A stretch of 63,734 bases of DNA, filler included, from Kipferlia bialata (lineage: Eukaryota), in the NCBI GenBank assembly GCA_003568945.1. It is 5 parts of 5 records of this genome, joined end to end, with 100 filler letters (N's around TTAATTAATTAA, not from the genome) between each part and the next. Parts side by side here need not be neighbours in the genome. Positions count along the whole stretch, not along the records: positions 14,492 to 28,880 come from BDIP01000824.1; positions 28,981 to 43,362 come from BDIP01000825.1; 3 more parts are not named here. One strand, 5' to 3'. Both the position numbers and the translations under genes were made by a program. Positions 26,201-38,271 of the stretch are shown here, piece by piece. Within the stretch, counting starts at the first letter, position 1. Every line of letters starts with the position of its first letter. The notes beneath the pieces were generated by a model. The model saw only the letters and a list, made by a program, of their open reading frames with translations. It had not been told where the DNA came from and did no database searches.

Positions 26201-27725
26201 CCATTGATTCGCGATATATGGTTGGGTAGAGAGTGAAGTGATACCTTGTCCAGCTGCTTCATGAGACCGACCACATAGGACTTCCTCCGCTTGATGATCT
26301 GGGGTCAGCAACCATTGGAGGGGGATCGTGATACATGGCAGTACTACTAGCACTGGTACAAATACCAATGCCACTACGGAAGAGACCTCTCCTAACCTTG
26401 TGATCAGGCCCAGGCACCACTCCATGCCACTTGCCTAGGGGTGAGGAAGGGAGGTAGGGGGTGACTTCATACAAAACAACAACCCAGAGTGTTCAATCAG
26501 TACATACCATTCTGCATGGCACATAGACTGTCCAGGGGAACCCAGCCTGTGCTCTCACCCTGGGGTCATATATGTATGTGATTAATGCCAAGCAATAGCG
26601 CTGTGATAACTATGGTGTCATCCATAACTCTAAGCGAATGGGAGTAGTATATAAATATTACCTTCAGAGCCAGTCTGGCGTGGCTCTTCAGTGTCTCGAT
26701 ACAGGCAGTGTCCACATGGGGGAGGTTGGGGACAGCTCTGCGGTTGGAGACGGGGTTATGGAAGAAGCTTCTCAATACAATATATATAAAGTTCATATAT
26801 ATCTCCCCTACCTAGTGTCTGTCCGTCTCCACCTCATGAGTATCTGCATGTCAGACATCCCCTCCACAGTCGATGCCAGACACACTAGGGTGGTGGCTAC
26901 ACTAGTCGGCTTGGAACCCTGGCAGTTAGAGACACAGTGGAGTATACTATAGATAGACGCTGATACATACTAAAACTGTCGTCTTCCCCCACCTTCGCTG
27001 TCTTCTTGTTTGGCCCCTTGGCCACCACTCTCACACACCGCACACACCCAGTCTTCTCCAGCTGCTTGACCTGTTCTGTTAGATCAAAGGTAAGGAGAGA
27101 AACCCTGTATCATTCTGCATCTGATAACAACAATGACACACGCCCTCCTCACCTGGTAGAACACTGCCTTTGCGTCTGTGGACATCCTCTTGGTCTTGGG
27201 GTCGGGGGAGGCAGCCACGATGGCCTGGTGTGGGAGGAGGAGGGGATGTATTACGATGGAACTATTATTGATAACAGAATCATTAGTATGTCGATATATA
27301 CACCAGCAACCCACCTTGAGCTTTGCTATGAGGTCCATCTGCACTGCACCCATTGTGCCATAGCCTGCTATGACCTCCAGTAGCTGCAGCCCCACTGGTG
27401 TGCCAGAGGTCTCGGACAGACCAAGGGCCCTGGCGTGAGGTAAAAAACTATCACACTAATAATATTATATGCATCATAATTGTGATAGAGGTATCTGACC
27501 ATGTTACATACCTTGTCCTGACGTCTGTCCTGATTGAGAGTGATGGGTCCCACCCCTCCTGGGTCTGGGACACGTCAAGGTTAGTCTGACCGTCTATTAG
27601 GAGGGAGCGGTGACGCTGCCTTACGGTTAGGAGAGACGCCTCAGCGGAGAGAAAGAAGTATACACCTCAATTAGTAGACAGAGAAGAAGAAGGGGAGGGG
27701 GGGGGGGTACACTGTATGTCTCCAC
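17584..27725 (-). CDS. GTF3C1: General transcription factor IIIC subunit 1 (B-block-binding subunit, Tfc3/Sfc3-like); 5' end uncertain
   Basis: B-block-like winged helix RALGL..LQLLEVIAGYGTMGAVQMDLIAKL..DAKAVFYQVKQLEKTG (27430-27040), MDRRTLDRIIKTQVEEG (24228-24180), YARIREFSLLLY, LFEPLVTMGLIRP, PRLFVTE..SW, and C-terminal LAAMVSSTPGIPLAEV (about 18100-18150). Last exon ends DVADVE* at 17584. Confidence 0.75.
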
Positions 27726-27833
27726 TAGGGGTATGAAAGGAAGTGGAGGCTAGCAACCGAAAAATTACGACAATTGTAGCCGAGAGAGAGAGAGAGAGAG
27801 TATATACAAAATATGAAAGGAAACATGTGTATA

Positions 27834-27879
27834 GGGGGGGGGGGGGGGGGGGGGAGGGGGGCCGGGGGGGGGGGGGGGT

Positions 27880-27912
<33 letters not shown>

Positions 27913-27913
27913 C
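27834..27913. repeat. Poly-G tract of about 80 nt (possible assembly junction)
   Basis: Almost pure G run. Similar G or C runs end scaffolds at 14492, 43463 and 63734. Confidence 0.9.
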
Positions 27914-27973
27914 TGGTACTAAGGGTATGTTGTATTAGTGCTACACATAATGGTGAAGGACACTACCCCCCAC

Positions 27974-28230
27974 CTGTCACAACTATCATATCCACCTTGG
28001 CCTCTCTGGATATTGCATCTTCGTACAGTCTCTCTCTAGCCACACTCTCAGGGTTGCTAGCGGTGGGGATATGATATATGATGTGATACTGACAGGCAGG
28101 CACTGTATACACTATCCAATACTCAGACCCACCCAGCCTCCAGATGCATGTCACTCAGTTGCACAATCACATAGGTGTCCGCGGCTCCCCCGTCCCGTCC
28201 ATCGGTCACGCCCTCTGGTGGTGTGTCCAT
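27974..28230 (-). CDS. N-terminal fragment of a calcineurin-like metallophosphoesterase
   Basis: Two exons give MDTPPEG..TYVIVQLSDMHLEAG-NPESVARERLYEDAISREAKVDMIVVTG, with motif I (SDxH) and the approach to motif II (D.IVVTG-D). Later motifs (GNH etc.) not found. Confidence 0.65.
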
Positions 28231-28645
28231 ATTGGTACAGTACACCCTGTGAGAGAGGGGTATCAGTCTGAGTGAGACTCTGACCAGATTCCCACTCCGA
28301 ATCTCAATGTTTTGAGGCCATCGAGTCAAGTCATGACTTTGCCAATGAAGCAATAGAAGTCTAATACCATTCCACTCAACTTCTCAAGCTTTGTGTATTA
28401 CTAGCAACTCAAAACATGGATCGTCTACGACCATTTACTATCTTATAAAAACACTCTCCTATACTGAGGTACAAACACAAAACCATTCCTAATAACACGA
28501 CAAAAGAAGTCAAGGCAAACAGAGCCCTAACTTATACACAGAGAACCTGCCATCCTGTCTCTCAAACAACCATTGCACCCTGCATTGCATACTGAACTGT
28601 ATGCCAGAATGACATGCAAACAGCCTATAGCTATACTGCGAGGCT

Positions 28646-28828
28646 TCACTCCTGGGCGACACCAGCCTCAGCCTCAGCCTCAGCCTCAGCCTCAGCCTCA
28701 GCCTCAACCTCCTTGGACTCTACCTCAGCGACAGGGGCCTCGGCCTCGGCCTCTACCTTTCTGGCCTTCTTGGCCTTCTTGGCCTTGCGGGTCTTGGGCT
28801 TGGCCCCCCACACAGACTGGGACTTGCC
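28646..28828 (-). CDS. Terminal exon of an unknown gene (Lys-rich, then EA-repeat tail)
   Basis: CTCACCCCCAG acceptor, then GKSQSVWGAKPKTRKAKKAKKARKVEAEAEA...VAQE*. Confidence 0.65.
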   Translation of the reverse strand, partial: GKSQSVWGAKPKTRKAKKAKKARKVEAEAEAPVAEVESKEVEAEAEAEAEAEAEAGVAQE

Positions 28829-28880
28829 CTGGGGGTGAGGAGGGGAGGGGGGGGGGGGGGGAGGGAATATACGCACCCCA

Positions 28881-28980
28881 NNNNNNNNNNNNNNNNNNNN
28901 NNNNNNNNNNNNNNNNNNNNNNNNTTAATTAATTAANNNNNNNNNNNNNNNNNNNNNNNNNNNNNNNNNNNNNNNNNNNN
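28881..28980. other. Artificial scaffold-joining linker
   Basis: 44 N + TTAATTAATTAA + 44 N. Confidence 0.99.
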
Positions 28981-28982
28981 AC

Positions 28983-29036
<54 letters not shown>

Positions 29037-29043
29037 TGTGTGC

Positions 29044-31116
29044 ATCGGCCCTGGCCTCAGAGGCAAGGGCCACGCTGATACTAGGGGTAAGGGATACATA
29101 TATAGAAACATATACTGAGGCATAGAGAGAGAGATAGAGAGAGCACACATACCCAGCTAGGCTATCCACGCTCTTCCCCATCCTCTCCAGGCCCTCTGTG
29201 AACCTGGTCCTATCCTTTTCGACCTCTCTCTCTCTCTCCCTCTCTCTCTTCCTCTCTCTCTCCCTCTCCGCCTCAGCAAGTGCCAGTCTCTCGGCATAGA
29301 CCCTCTTAACGGCCTAGGTGTCAGTACAACTCACTTCTACAAACAATATATACGTAATATAGTATAAGACCCTCTTGACAGCCCGATAGTAAGACAGTTG
29401 CATATAATGAATTGTATATAGAGTACAATGAAGCTATATACGAGTGCACCATACCTCTCTCTCCACCTCCCAGCTCCCTTCCCGCTGTGCCTCTCTCTCC
29501 CTGGACCTCTCCCGTTCCTAGGGGTGAGATACATACACTAATACAAAAGATGTATTCACATATACATGATATATATATGAATACTATACTGTGTTCCTCT
29601 CTCTCCCTGGACCTCTCCCCTTCCTAGGGGTGAGAATACACTTCATAACCACATAATAGTACATTACTTAATAATACATAGTAAATAAATCAATAATACA
29701 TGTAATAATGCCTAAATATACTTGAAATAGAATGTAGAACACACGTGACCTCTCTCCCTGGACCTCTCCCTTTCCTAGGGGTGAGAATACACTTCATAAA
29801 CTTATAGTTATATATTTATTATAGATATACAATATATATAACTATTTATACTCATAGAGAGTTGGTAGTACCCTACATGAATATACTAACAGATGAATAT
29901 ATATATCCATGTCAATATATATACCTTATGCATCTCTTCCAATTCAGTGACTACCCTCCTCACGGCAGGTGGGAGTGCCCTGCACAGGTCAAGGGTAGAG
30001 GACGGGATATCCCTCATGCTTGAAAGACTCTCTCTCTCTCTCTCTCCTTCACTACTCAACTCAGCACCACCATGGATAGATGGGTGAAGGAATGAGTGCC
30101 CTGAGAGCTCCCTCTCCCTCTCCCTCTTAGCAATACTAATGGCTGTTCTGACACAGGCTCTAGCCTCTCGCCACTGCTCAACAGACTCCATGGACAGATC
30201 AAACGCTCCAGACGCTCCAGATGCTTCAGACGTCCCATACCCCTCTCTTTCTGATGTCTGAGTGGCCACTGGTACATGAACCACACGTTGACTGGGAGGT
30301 GGCAGTGTCTGGGCACCTGTAGACATCATTACCACAGGGGGTAGGGCAGCACGGATAGGAGGCGTGTAAGTCTGTTTGCCAGTGGTAGACGCTCCAGACG
30401 CTCCAGACGTTTCAGACGTCCCATACCCCTCTCTTTCTGATGTCTGTGTGCCAGTGGTAGATAGTGTCTTAGATCCCTGGGGCTTAGGGACAGCAGGTAC
30501 CGGAGGCACTGGAGGGACTGGCAACATCACACGGCCCTTGAGTCTAGGTGTCAGGGGGTCACATACAATACACATTCACAACACTAGCAGGAGTATTCAT
30601 GGAATATGCTATTAACGGGTGCCAAATGTTCAAATAGTAAAGGGGGGGGGGGGGGCACAATACACATACGTTACATCATACATACGAGTGCGTGAGAGGG
30701 GGGGGAGGGGGTTGCAGCTCAATACATAATCACACACCACATACCTTATGTACCGTTGACAGACCGGTTCGGGCAGAGACTGGGGGTGAGAGAGGGCAAC
30801 ACTCAATTGGACTACTCTCATACTTTGCCCTGTATATCCTATATATATGTATATATATATATATGTATCTATATATATGAATAGACTATATACTACGTAT
30901 ATCCTATTCATACTCTGCCCTGTATATCCTATCGATACCTGCAGCATAGTCTCTGCCACCCCGAGTAGGAACCAGTAACACTCAGAGTATATATAACTCT
31001 AGTGTATCTATACACTATATATATATACTATGTACCTGCAGCATAGTCTCTGCCACCCCGAGTAGGAACCGGTACTTATCCAGCAGTGGGGCATCACCCC
31101 TCGGGATATCTCCCAT
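29044..31116 (-). CDS. Unknown protein with repeated TQT-type motifs and an E/R-rich coiled coil, 3'-truncated
   Basis: ATG at 31116. Exons read MGDIPRGDAPLLDKYRFLLGVAETMLQ-SLPEPVCQRYIR-LKGRV...STTGTQT..STGAQT..VATQT...ELEEMHK-EREVQ..-AVKRVYAERLALAEAERERE. Confidence 0.75.
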
Positions 31117-31319
31117 GGACAGGGGTGCGCTAGACACTCTAGACACTAGCTATAGAGAGGAGAGAGCCAGCGTGTTCCAAAATCAGAACATCGCAAAACG
31201 CGCAGCAAAAGGGTGTAGCAGATTACAAACCAAAAACCAGTTGCCCAGTCCTTGGCGTATAAGTAACCACATCAGCACTCCTTAGTGGTACCCCGGGTGC
31301 TCTAGAGGTTCCCAGGGTC

Positions 31320-31356
<37 letters not shown>
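31117..31356. promoter_or_regulatory. Short divergent (bidirectional) promoter region
   Basis: 240 bp between head-to-head ATGs (31116 minus, 31357 plus). Lacks TA repeats; has CpG and A-tracts and a (GA)n run before the plus ATG. Confidence 0.55.
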
Positions 31357-31357
<1 letters not shown>

Positions 31358-32038
31358 TGACTGAGACTGTGCCTGTGGAGGGTCAGCCCACCCTGACTCC
31401 AGGTACATATATATATATGCATGTTAATAGAGTTTAGTCTGTTCTGACCTCAGTCTCTGCCCTCACTCCATCCACAGATATATATATGCTATATGTATAT
31501 GCTCTATATATATGCTATATATATACATATATACATGTAATTAGAGTTTAGTCTGTTCTGACCTCAGTCTCTGCCCTCACCCCCCTCACTCCATCCACAG
31601 GGGCAGAGATCACACCTGTGCCCCTGCATGAGGAGAGTGTGAGGGATGGTCTAAAGCAAGATGAGGAGGGAGGAGAGACAGTAATTGAGGGGACTGAGAG
31701 CAAGGCAGAGTCTACCACTACTACTCCAGAGATAGAGGGGGAGGGGGAGGGAGCAAGTGATGCAGGACCTAAGGAGAAGAAGGGCAAGGAGGGAGAGAGA
31801 GAGACGAAGGGCAAGGGCAAGGGCAAGGCTAAGCCCAAGGCGAGGCCAGAGCCTGAGCCATACAATGGTAAGTCTTCCCCAATCTTTCTCTCTCTCTCTA
31901 TTCCAGGTATATACGTCTCTCGAAGTTAGTTCCTTTTGTTCTCTCTCTCTCTCTGTTTGTCCTCGCATAGATATCTTACTATCTCGTTCGCCTTCTCTCT
32001 ATACATATGCATCTGTCTGTGTCTACTCCCCTACTTAG

Positions 32039-32076
<38 letters not shown>

Positions 32077-32407
32077 ACGTACACATACCATGTTAAAGCA
32101 TTATATGTCTCAATGTATATGTACTAATGGCTTGCTATATGTATATGTATTTGTGGTAACTGGAGTACAAGAGTGTTGATACTTCATCTCTACCTCTGAC
32201 TCAAGGGGTATCTCTCTCTCTCTTTATCTCTCGCTCGCTCGCTCGCTCGCTCTCTCTCTCTATATATATTCACATACACTCACTCTTGCTGTCTGTCTCT
32301 CCCTTTATGAACCTTTCTCTCTCTACATATACATGTGTTCTCACTCTAGGTGTCTGTCTCTCCCTGTATGACAAGGGAGTCTCTCTCTCCCCCCCCCCCT
32401 CTCTCCC

Positions 32408-32440
<33 letters not shown>

Positions 32441-33367
32441 ATCTCCATTTATGTCTCTTACTTCCAGGTGTCTGTCTCTCCCTGTATGACAAGGGTGTGT
32501 CACTCCCTCTCCCTCCCTCTCCCTCCCTCTCTCTCTCTCTCTATATATATATATCTTACCCTAGGTGTGTGTCTCTCCCTGTATGACAAGGGTGTATCAC
32601 TGCGTAAGAAGAGAGAGGCTGAGGCTGCGGAGAAGAGAGCAAAGGCCCTAAAGGAGGAGCTAGAGGTAAATATGTATCGGGGGAGAGAGATAAAGCGAGA
32701 GCAAAGGTCCTGAAGGAGCTAGTGGCATCCTCCCTCCTTATTATTATATCATTATTATATAATTATTATATTACTATAGTATTACTATTATTGTCTTTCA
32801 CTATTCACTATTCACTATTCACTGACCACAGGCCATCACCAGGCACCCAGACATCTATATCTGCATCCATATTCCACCATGTTTAGGATATATATATATG
32901 AATGTGGTATATATATTGTATATATACTAGATCTAACCACAGGCCATCACCAGACGTCCTGACATCTCAGTCTCGTCTAGAACAGTGCCCCCAATGCCAA
33001 GGGAGGCAGGGGTGGAATTCAGTACGCGAAATAGTGTATATATATATACGCGAATTAGTGTATAATGCCATATATATGTACCCCCAATGCCAAGGGAGGC
33101 AGGAGTGGAATTCAGTACGCGAATTAGTGTATTTACACTTCTATTCATTTCATCTGATGTTATGTATAATAGCCAATTACACTTACCCTAGGTGACTACT
33201 GCTATGCCTGGCGGGAGGAGGCAGACCACAAGATGGAGGCAGCTAGAGTGGAGAGGTATGTATGTATATATATTTATATATATATATGGAGAGAGAGAGA
33301 GAGAGAGAGAGAGGCAGACCACAAGATGGAGGCAGCTAGGGTGGAATAGAGAGACAGTATATATATA

Positions 33368-33400
<33 letters not shown>

Positions 33401-34121
33401 GCAGACCACAAGATGGAGGTAGCTAGGGTGGAGAGGTATGCGTTGGATATGTGATACATGTTCACAACTCAATACGTGTAATAACACCCATATTCAATAG
33501 TGTATACCTCCCTCTTCAGTGTTACCTCTGGATCTGTCTCTCTCTCTCTCTCCCTACACACTCACTCTATACCTATGAGTCCATATCTCCCTCTGCACCC
33601 TTAACTCTCTCTCTCTCTCCCCCTCTACACCCTTATTGCCAGGGACAGAGAGGCCGAGGTCCAGGACATGAAGGCCATGAAGAAGGTATATATACAAATT
33701 CATTTGTTTCTTTCCGTAGTATATTCAGTCTCCTTGGATCCACCTCCCTTTTGGTATATATATCCATTTATATATTTATATGTATATATATATATGTGTG
33801 TGTGTGTATATATTATCCATTATGTATATATGTGTATTCTCTACATGACTGTATTGTGTACACCCTTCTCCTCTCTCATATCCCAGGGTGGTAAGTTTGT
33901 GAGTGGCCGCTCAGCACGCATCCTGAAGGTATGGTACTGTATGATGATAGTATATATGTGGAGTACGAGTTATACTATATGTCTATATTTATATGCCTAA
34001 CCATAGGAGATGAAGGCCGAGGGCCGCCAGAGGGCACCCTTATACAAGGCACCCAAGGAGAAGGGGGAGGAGGGACTGGGGACATCTAGGATAGGTGTGT
34101 ATATACATATATGTATATACT

Positions 34122-34179
<58 letters not shown>

Positions 34180-34258
34180 TACTAGTTACAAGGCACCCAA
34201 GGAGAAGGCAGGGGAGGGGATTGGTACTACTAGGATACATATATATATATATTTGTAA

Positions 34259-34290
<32 letters not shown>

Positions 34291-35222
34291 TGGAGACTGG
34301 TACAAGCCACCCACGCAGAGAGGGGGTCTTTCAACGGTATATATGGAGACACATATATATTATTGTATATATTCGTGTGTGTGCGTGTGTGTTTGGAATT
34401 ACAAGCATAAATTAGATAGTATTGTGTTCTTAGAATGTGCCCCTTACACCCAGGCCAAGAAGGTAGATTGTCTATATATATATATATATATACAGTACCA
34501 GAAGTGTATATATGTTTATTATTCCTATGTTAACACCCAGGCACTCCCAAGGTCAAGAAGACACCCAAGAAGGGAATCACTTAGTATATACACAGTTTCT
34601 GTATTATATATATAGATTATCTATATACAGATTCATATACTCATATTAGGCCCCCCCAAGGCCAAGAAGACACCCAAGAAGGCAGAGGCTGACAAGGGCA
34701 GGAAGAGTGGCCTAGAGGTGCATGACAGACTGTACAGACTGGGCATGGCAAAGTGAGTCACATTCACATATGGACAGCATATACAGTGCCGCCAAGGAGC
34801 ATCAGGTATGGATAAACATATATATTTCTATTTATTATTTTTTTATACATACATATTATTTTCCACATATTCACATATTCACACCAGGTAGACAGTAGCA
34901 TATACATGAATATATATGAATGTATATGAATGTAACTACCCCCTTATTGTCAGGACAGGCAGAGAGAGAGGGCTGCCCAGCTGGATGCCCAGTGCACATT
35001 CAGTCCCACCATCAACTCAAACAGTGCGGAACTGGCTCAGGTACTATGGTATATACATATATGTACATTTGTTTGTATATATACATTTGTTTACGTATAT
35101 TTAAAAATATAGACATATTTTTTATATACACATTGTATATATATGTACACATTCAGTCCCACCATCAACTCAAACAGTGCGGAGTTAGCACAGGTATTGA
35201 GTAGAGTATATATACACGTCGG

Positions 35223-35269
<47 letters not shown>

Positions 35270-35300
35270 TTCTCACCCCCAGCGCAGTGCTGCCCGTCGG

Positions 35301-35333
<33 letters not shown>

Positions 35334-35632
35334 TACCCCAAGCGCAGTGCTGCACGTCGGTCTCTGCTACAGACCGAGGGGGAGAGGCGGAGGCTGCTGA
35401 GAGAGGTAGGTGTTATATATTTTCAGTGTATAAATATTGTATTATAGTATAGTAGTATTACTATGTTACTGAGGGAGGTAGGTGTCGTATATATATATAG
35501 ACTTGGCAAATATTCATGTTTTGTGGCTTTGTGTTTACCAGAGATTCACATACATATATATATGTGTGTGTAATTGTATCTAACCTTTCAGCAGAGTCTG
35601 CAGGCCTCCCCCTCTGCTGACAGTACCTAGTG

Positions 35633-35674
<42 letters not shown>

Positions 35675-36852
35675 TATTCCCTTGCATATATATTATATAT
35701 ACCATATAGGCATCTAATTTTTCAGCAGAGCCTCCAGGCCTCCCCCTCCGCTGAGAGTGAGCCTCAGGACAATGGGTCAGAGACAGAGACACAGAGGGAG
35801 AGAGGGAGAGAGAGACGGTCAGAGACAGAGTCACACAGAGAGAGAGACTCTGTGAGAGAGGTACCCAACACCGTTAGCAAATATATACGTTTATAGTGTT
35901 ATGTCTATGTATAGCATATATATATATGTCCCTTACCACTAGGGCATGTCCTCCAAGGCCTCCTTCGACCAGTTCATGTATCCCAAATATGGACATATAT
36001 GTATATATGTGTAGTATTCCTCATATATTTGTATATACTCACCCCTCAGGGCATGAGTAGCAAGGCCTCCTTTGACCAGTTCATGTCAAGGAACAGAAGG
36101 CACATACAGAAGCAGGTATATATAGTATATATAGTATGCTGTATCGATAATTAATATTGTTATTATTCGTATATATGTCGTCTGTTTTACAGGAACAGAC
36201 CAATATCAGTATCATTAGTAGTGAAGTTCAATACACACTATTACAAGTAGTTTGCGAGTGAATGTACATATGTCTAAATTATAGGAATGGACCCGCAAGT
36301 TCAACCAGCACCAGAAGGAACAGGAGGAGGAGAGGACATGCACCTTTACCCCTATGCTGGTGGCCAGGTATATATGTACATGTAGTTAGTATATATATAT
36401 ATATATACATATATATGATATATTAGTATGTTAGTGGAACAGGAGGAGGAGAGGACATGCACATTCACACCGATGCTGGTGACTAAGTTAGACACTATGT
36501 ATAATTATAGTACGTATCAAATATAGTATTTTACCTCACACTAGGGACCCCTCCACCTCCCAGCCATCCAGTGCCAGGGGCAGGACAAGAGACAGGGAGA
36601 TGTCACCACGGACCACACCCAACACATCAAGGTATGTATATATATATATATATATATACTCTATTATGTCATATACGTGTCACCACGGACCACCCCCAAC
36701 ACCTCTGGGTCATCTAGGGGGACACCCAACACATCAAGGTATATAGTTATAGTTATGTGTATATACTTGTGAATACTAATATATACTGGCATATACTAGT
36801 ATATGCGTATGTACTTGTATCTCTCGCCCCTTACACCTCCAGGGTCACAGTC

Positions 36853-36883
<31 letters not shown>

Positions 36884-38130
36884 GTTACTCATTTAGATTT
36901 CTATTTACACGCATATCCAAGTATATGTATACAATATATCATTCCCTACTAATGTATAGGGGCACCCCCACCAGTGCCAGAGGTAGTGCTAGGAGTAGTA
37001 TATATGTATGTACTTATATGTATACGCATTATTATATATATATATATATATCATTCCCTACTTATATACAGGGGCACCCCCACCAGTGCCAGAGGTAGTG
37101 CTAGGAGGACCCCTGTCTCTAGCAGAGACCACCTAGCCTCATCGGGCAGGACAACAGGTGAGGATTTGAGTCACTCTATTTCCCAATCACATTTTCTACT
37201 CCCATATGTGCTTATATATATATATATATAATATTATATATGCTTATATTATTATTATAATATTATATATATATATATTATATTATATATATATACATGT
37301 AAGTATACATCTCTAATACCAGATCAGCTCCCCACCACCCAGCATGGAAGGCCTCTCTCTCTCTCTCTCTCTCTCTCCATATATATATGTATGAATATAT
37401 ATATATGTATGTATATATATCTGTGAACTCTCACCCCAGACCAGCTACCCACTACGCAGCACGGCAGTCCTAGAACCACTCAGTCAGAGAGGGAGAGAGA
37501 GAGGAGGAGAGAGAGGGAGAGAGAGAGGGGCTCTCCTCGCAGTATGGCACTGTCAGGTATATACTATAGTATATGTTATATAGTATATACTTCTACTATT
37601 TACTGAGTAGCCTCGCAGCGTGGCACAGACAGGTAAATACTATATAGTGTATTTAATGTAGTGTATTTAATACTATTTGCTAATCATGTACTGAATAGTT
37701 TACTCTCTTCTCCTGGACCCCTATATGAAAGTATGTGTTTGACCCCAGGGAGAGAGAGTGAGAAGAAGAAGAGGGCTGCTGCGCTGAAGGCTCAGGTATC
37801 CAGACAACTGTTATATACATGGTCAACTACTATATTGAATGATTCTACGCAAGCCCATGCTAGGGTCCCCCCGCCCCCTACCCCGCTCTCTCTCTTAGAT
37901 ATATTTATATACATATATAAATATGGTCCTGTGATATGCTGCACTGAAGGCCCAGGTATATATATATATATATCCAAGCGGCGGTCATTGTTATACACTA
38001 CATTGAATATGTATGTTCCCTTTTCCATTTACAAACGCCCTATAGCTAACCGTAGTGCTCTATATATCCTACTCACTCTCTCTCTCCCCCACTCTCTCTA
38101 ACACCAGCGTCTCTATTAGCAGGGCCTGGC

Positions 38131-38164
<34 letters not shown>

Positions 38165-38229
38165 GTGTGTATATATACATACAGTAGTGTCAGATACTCA
38201 TACCAGCGTCTCTATGAGCAGGGTCTTGC

Positions 38230-38271
<42 letters not shown>

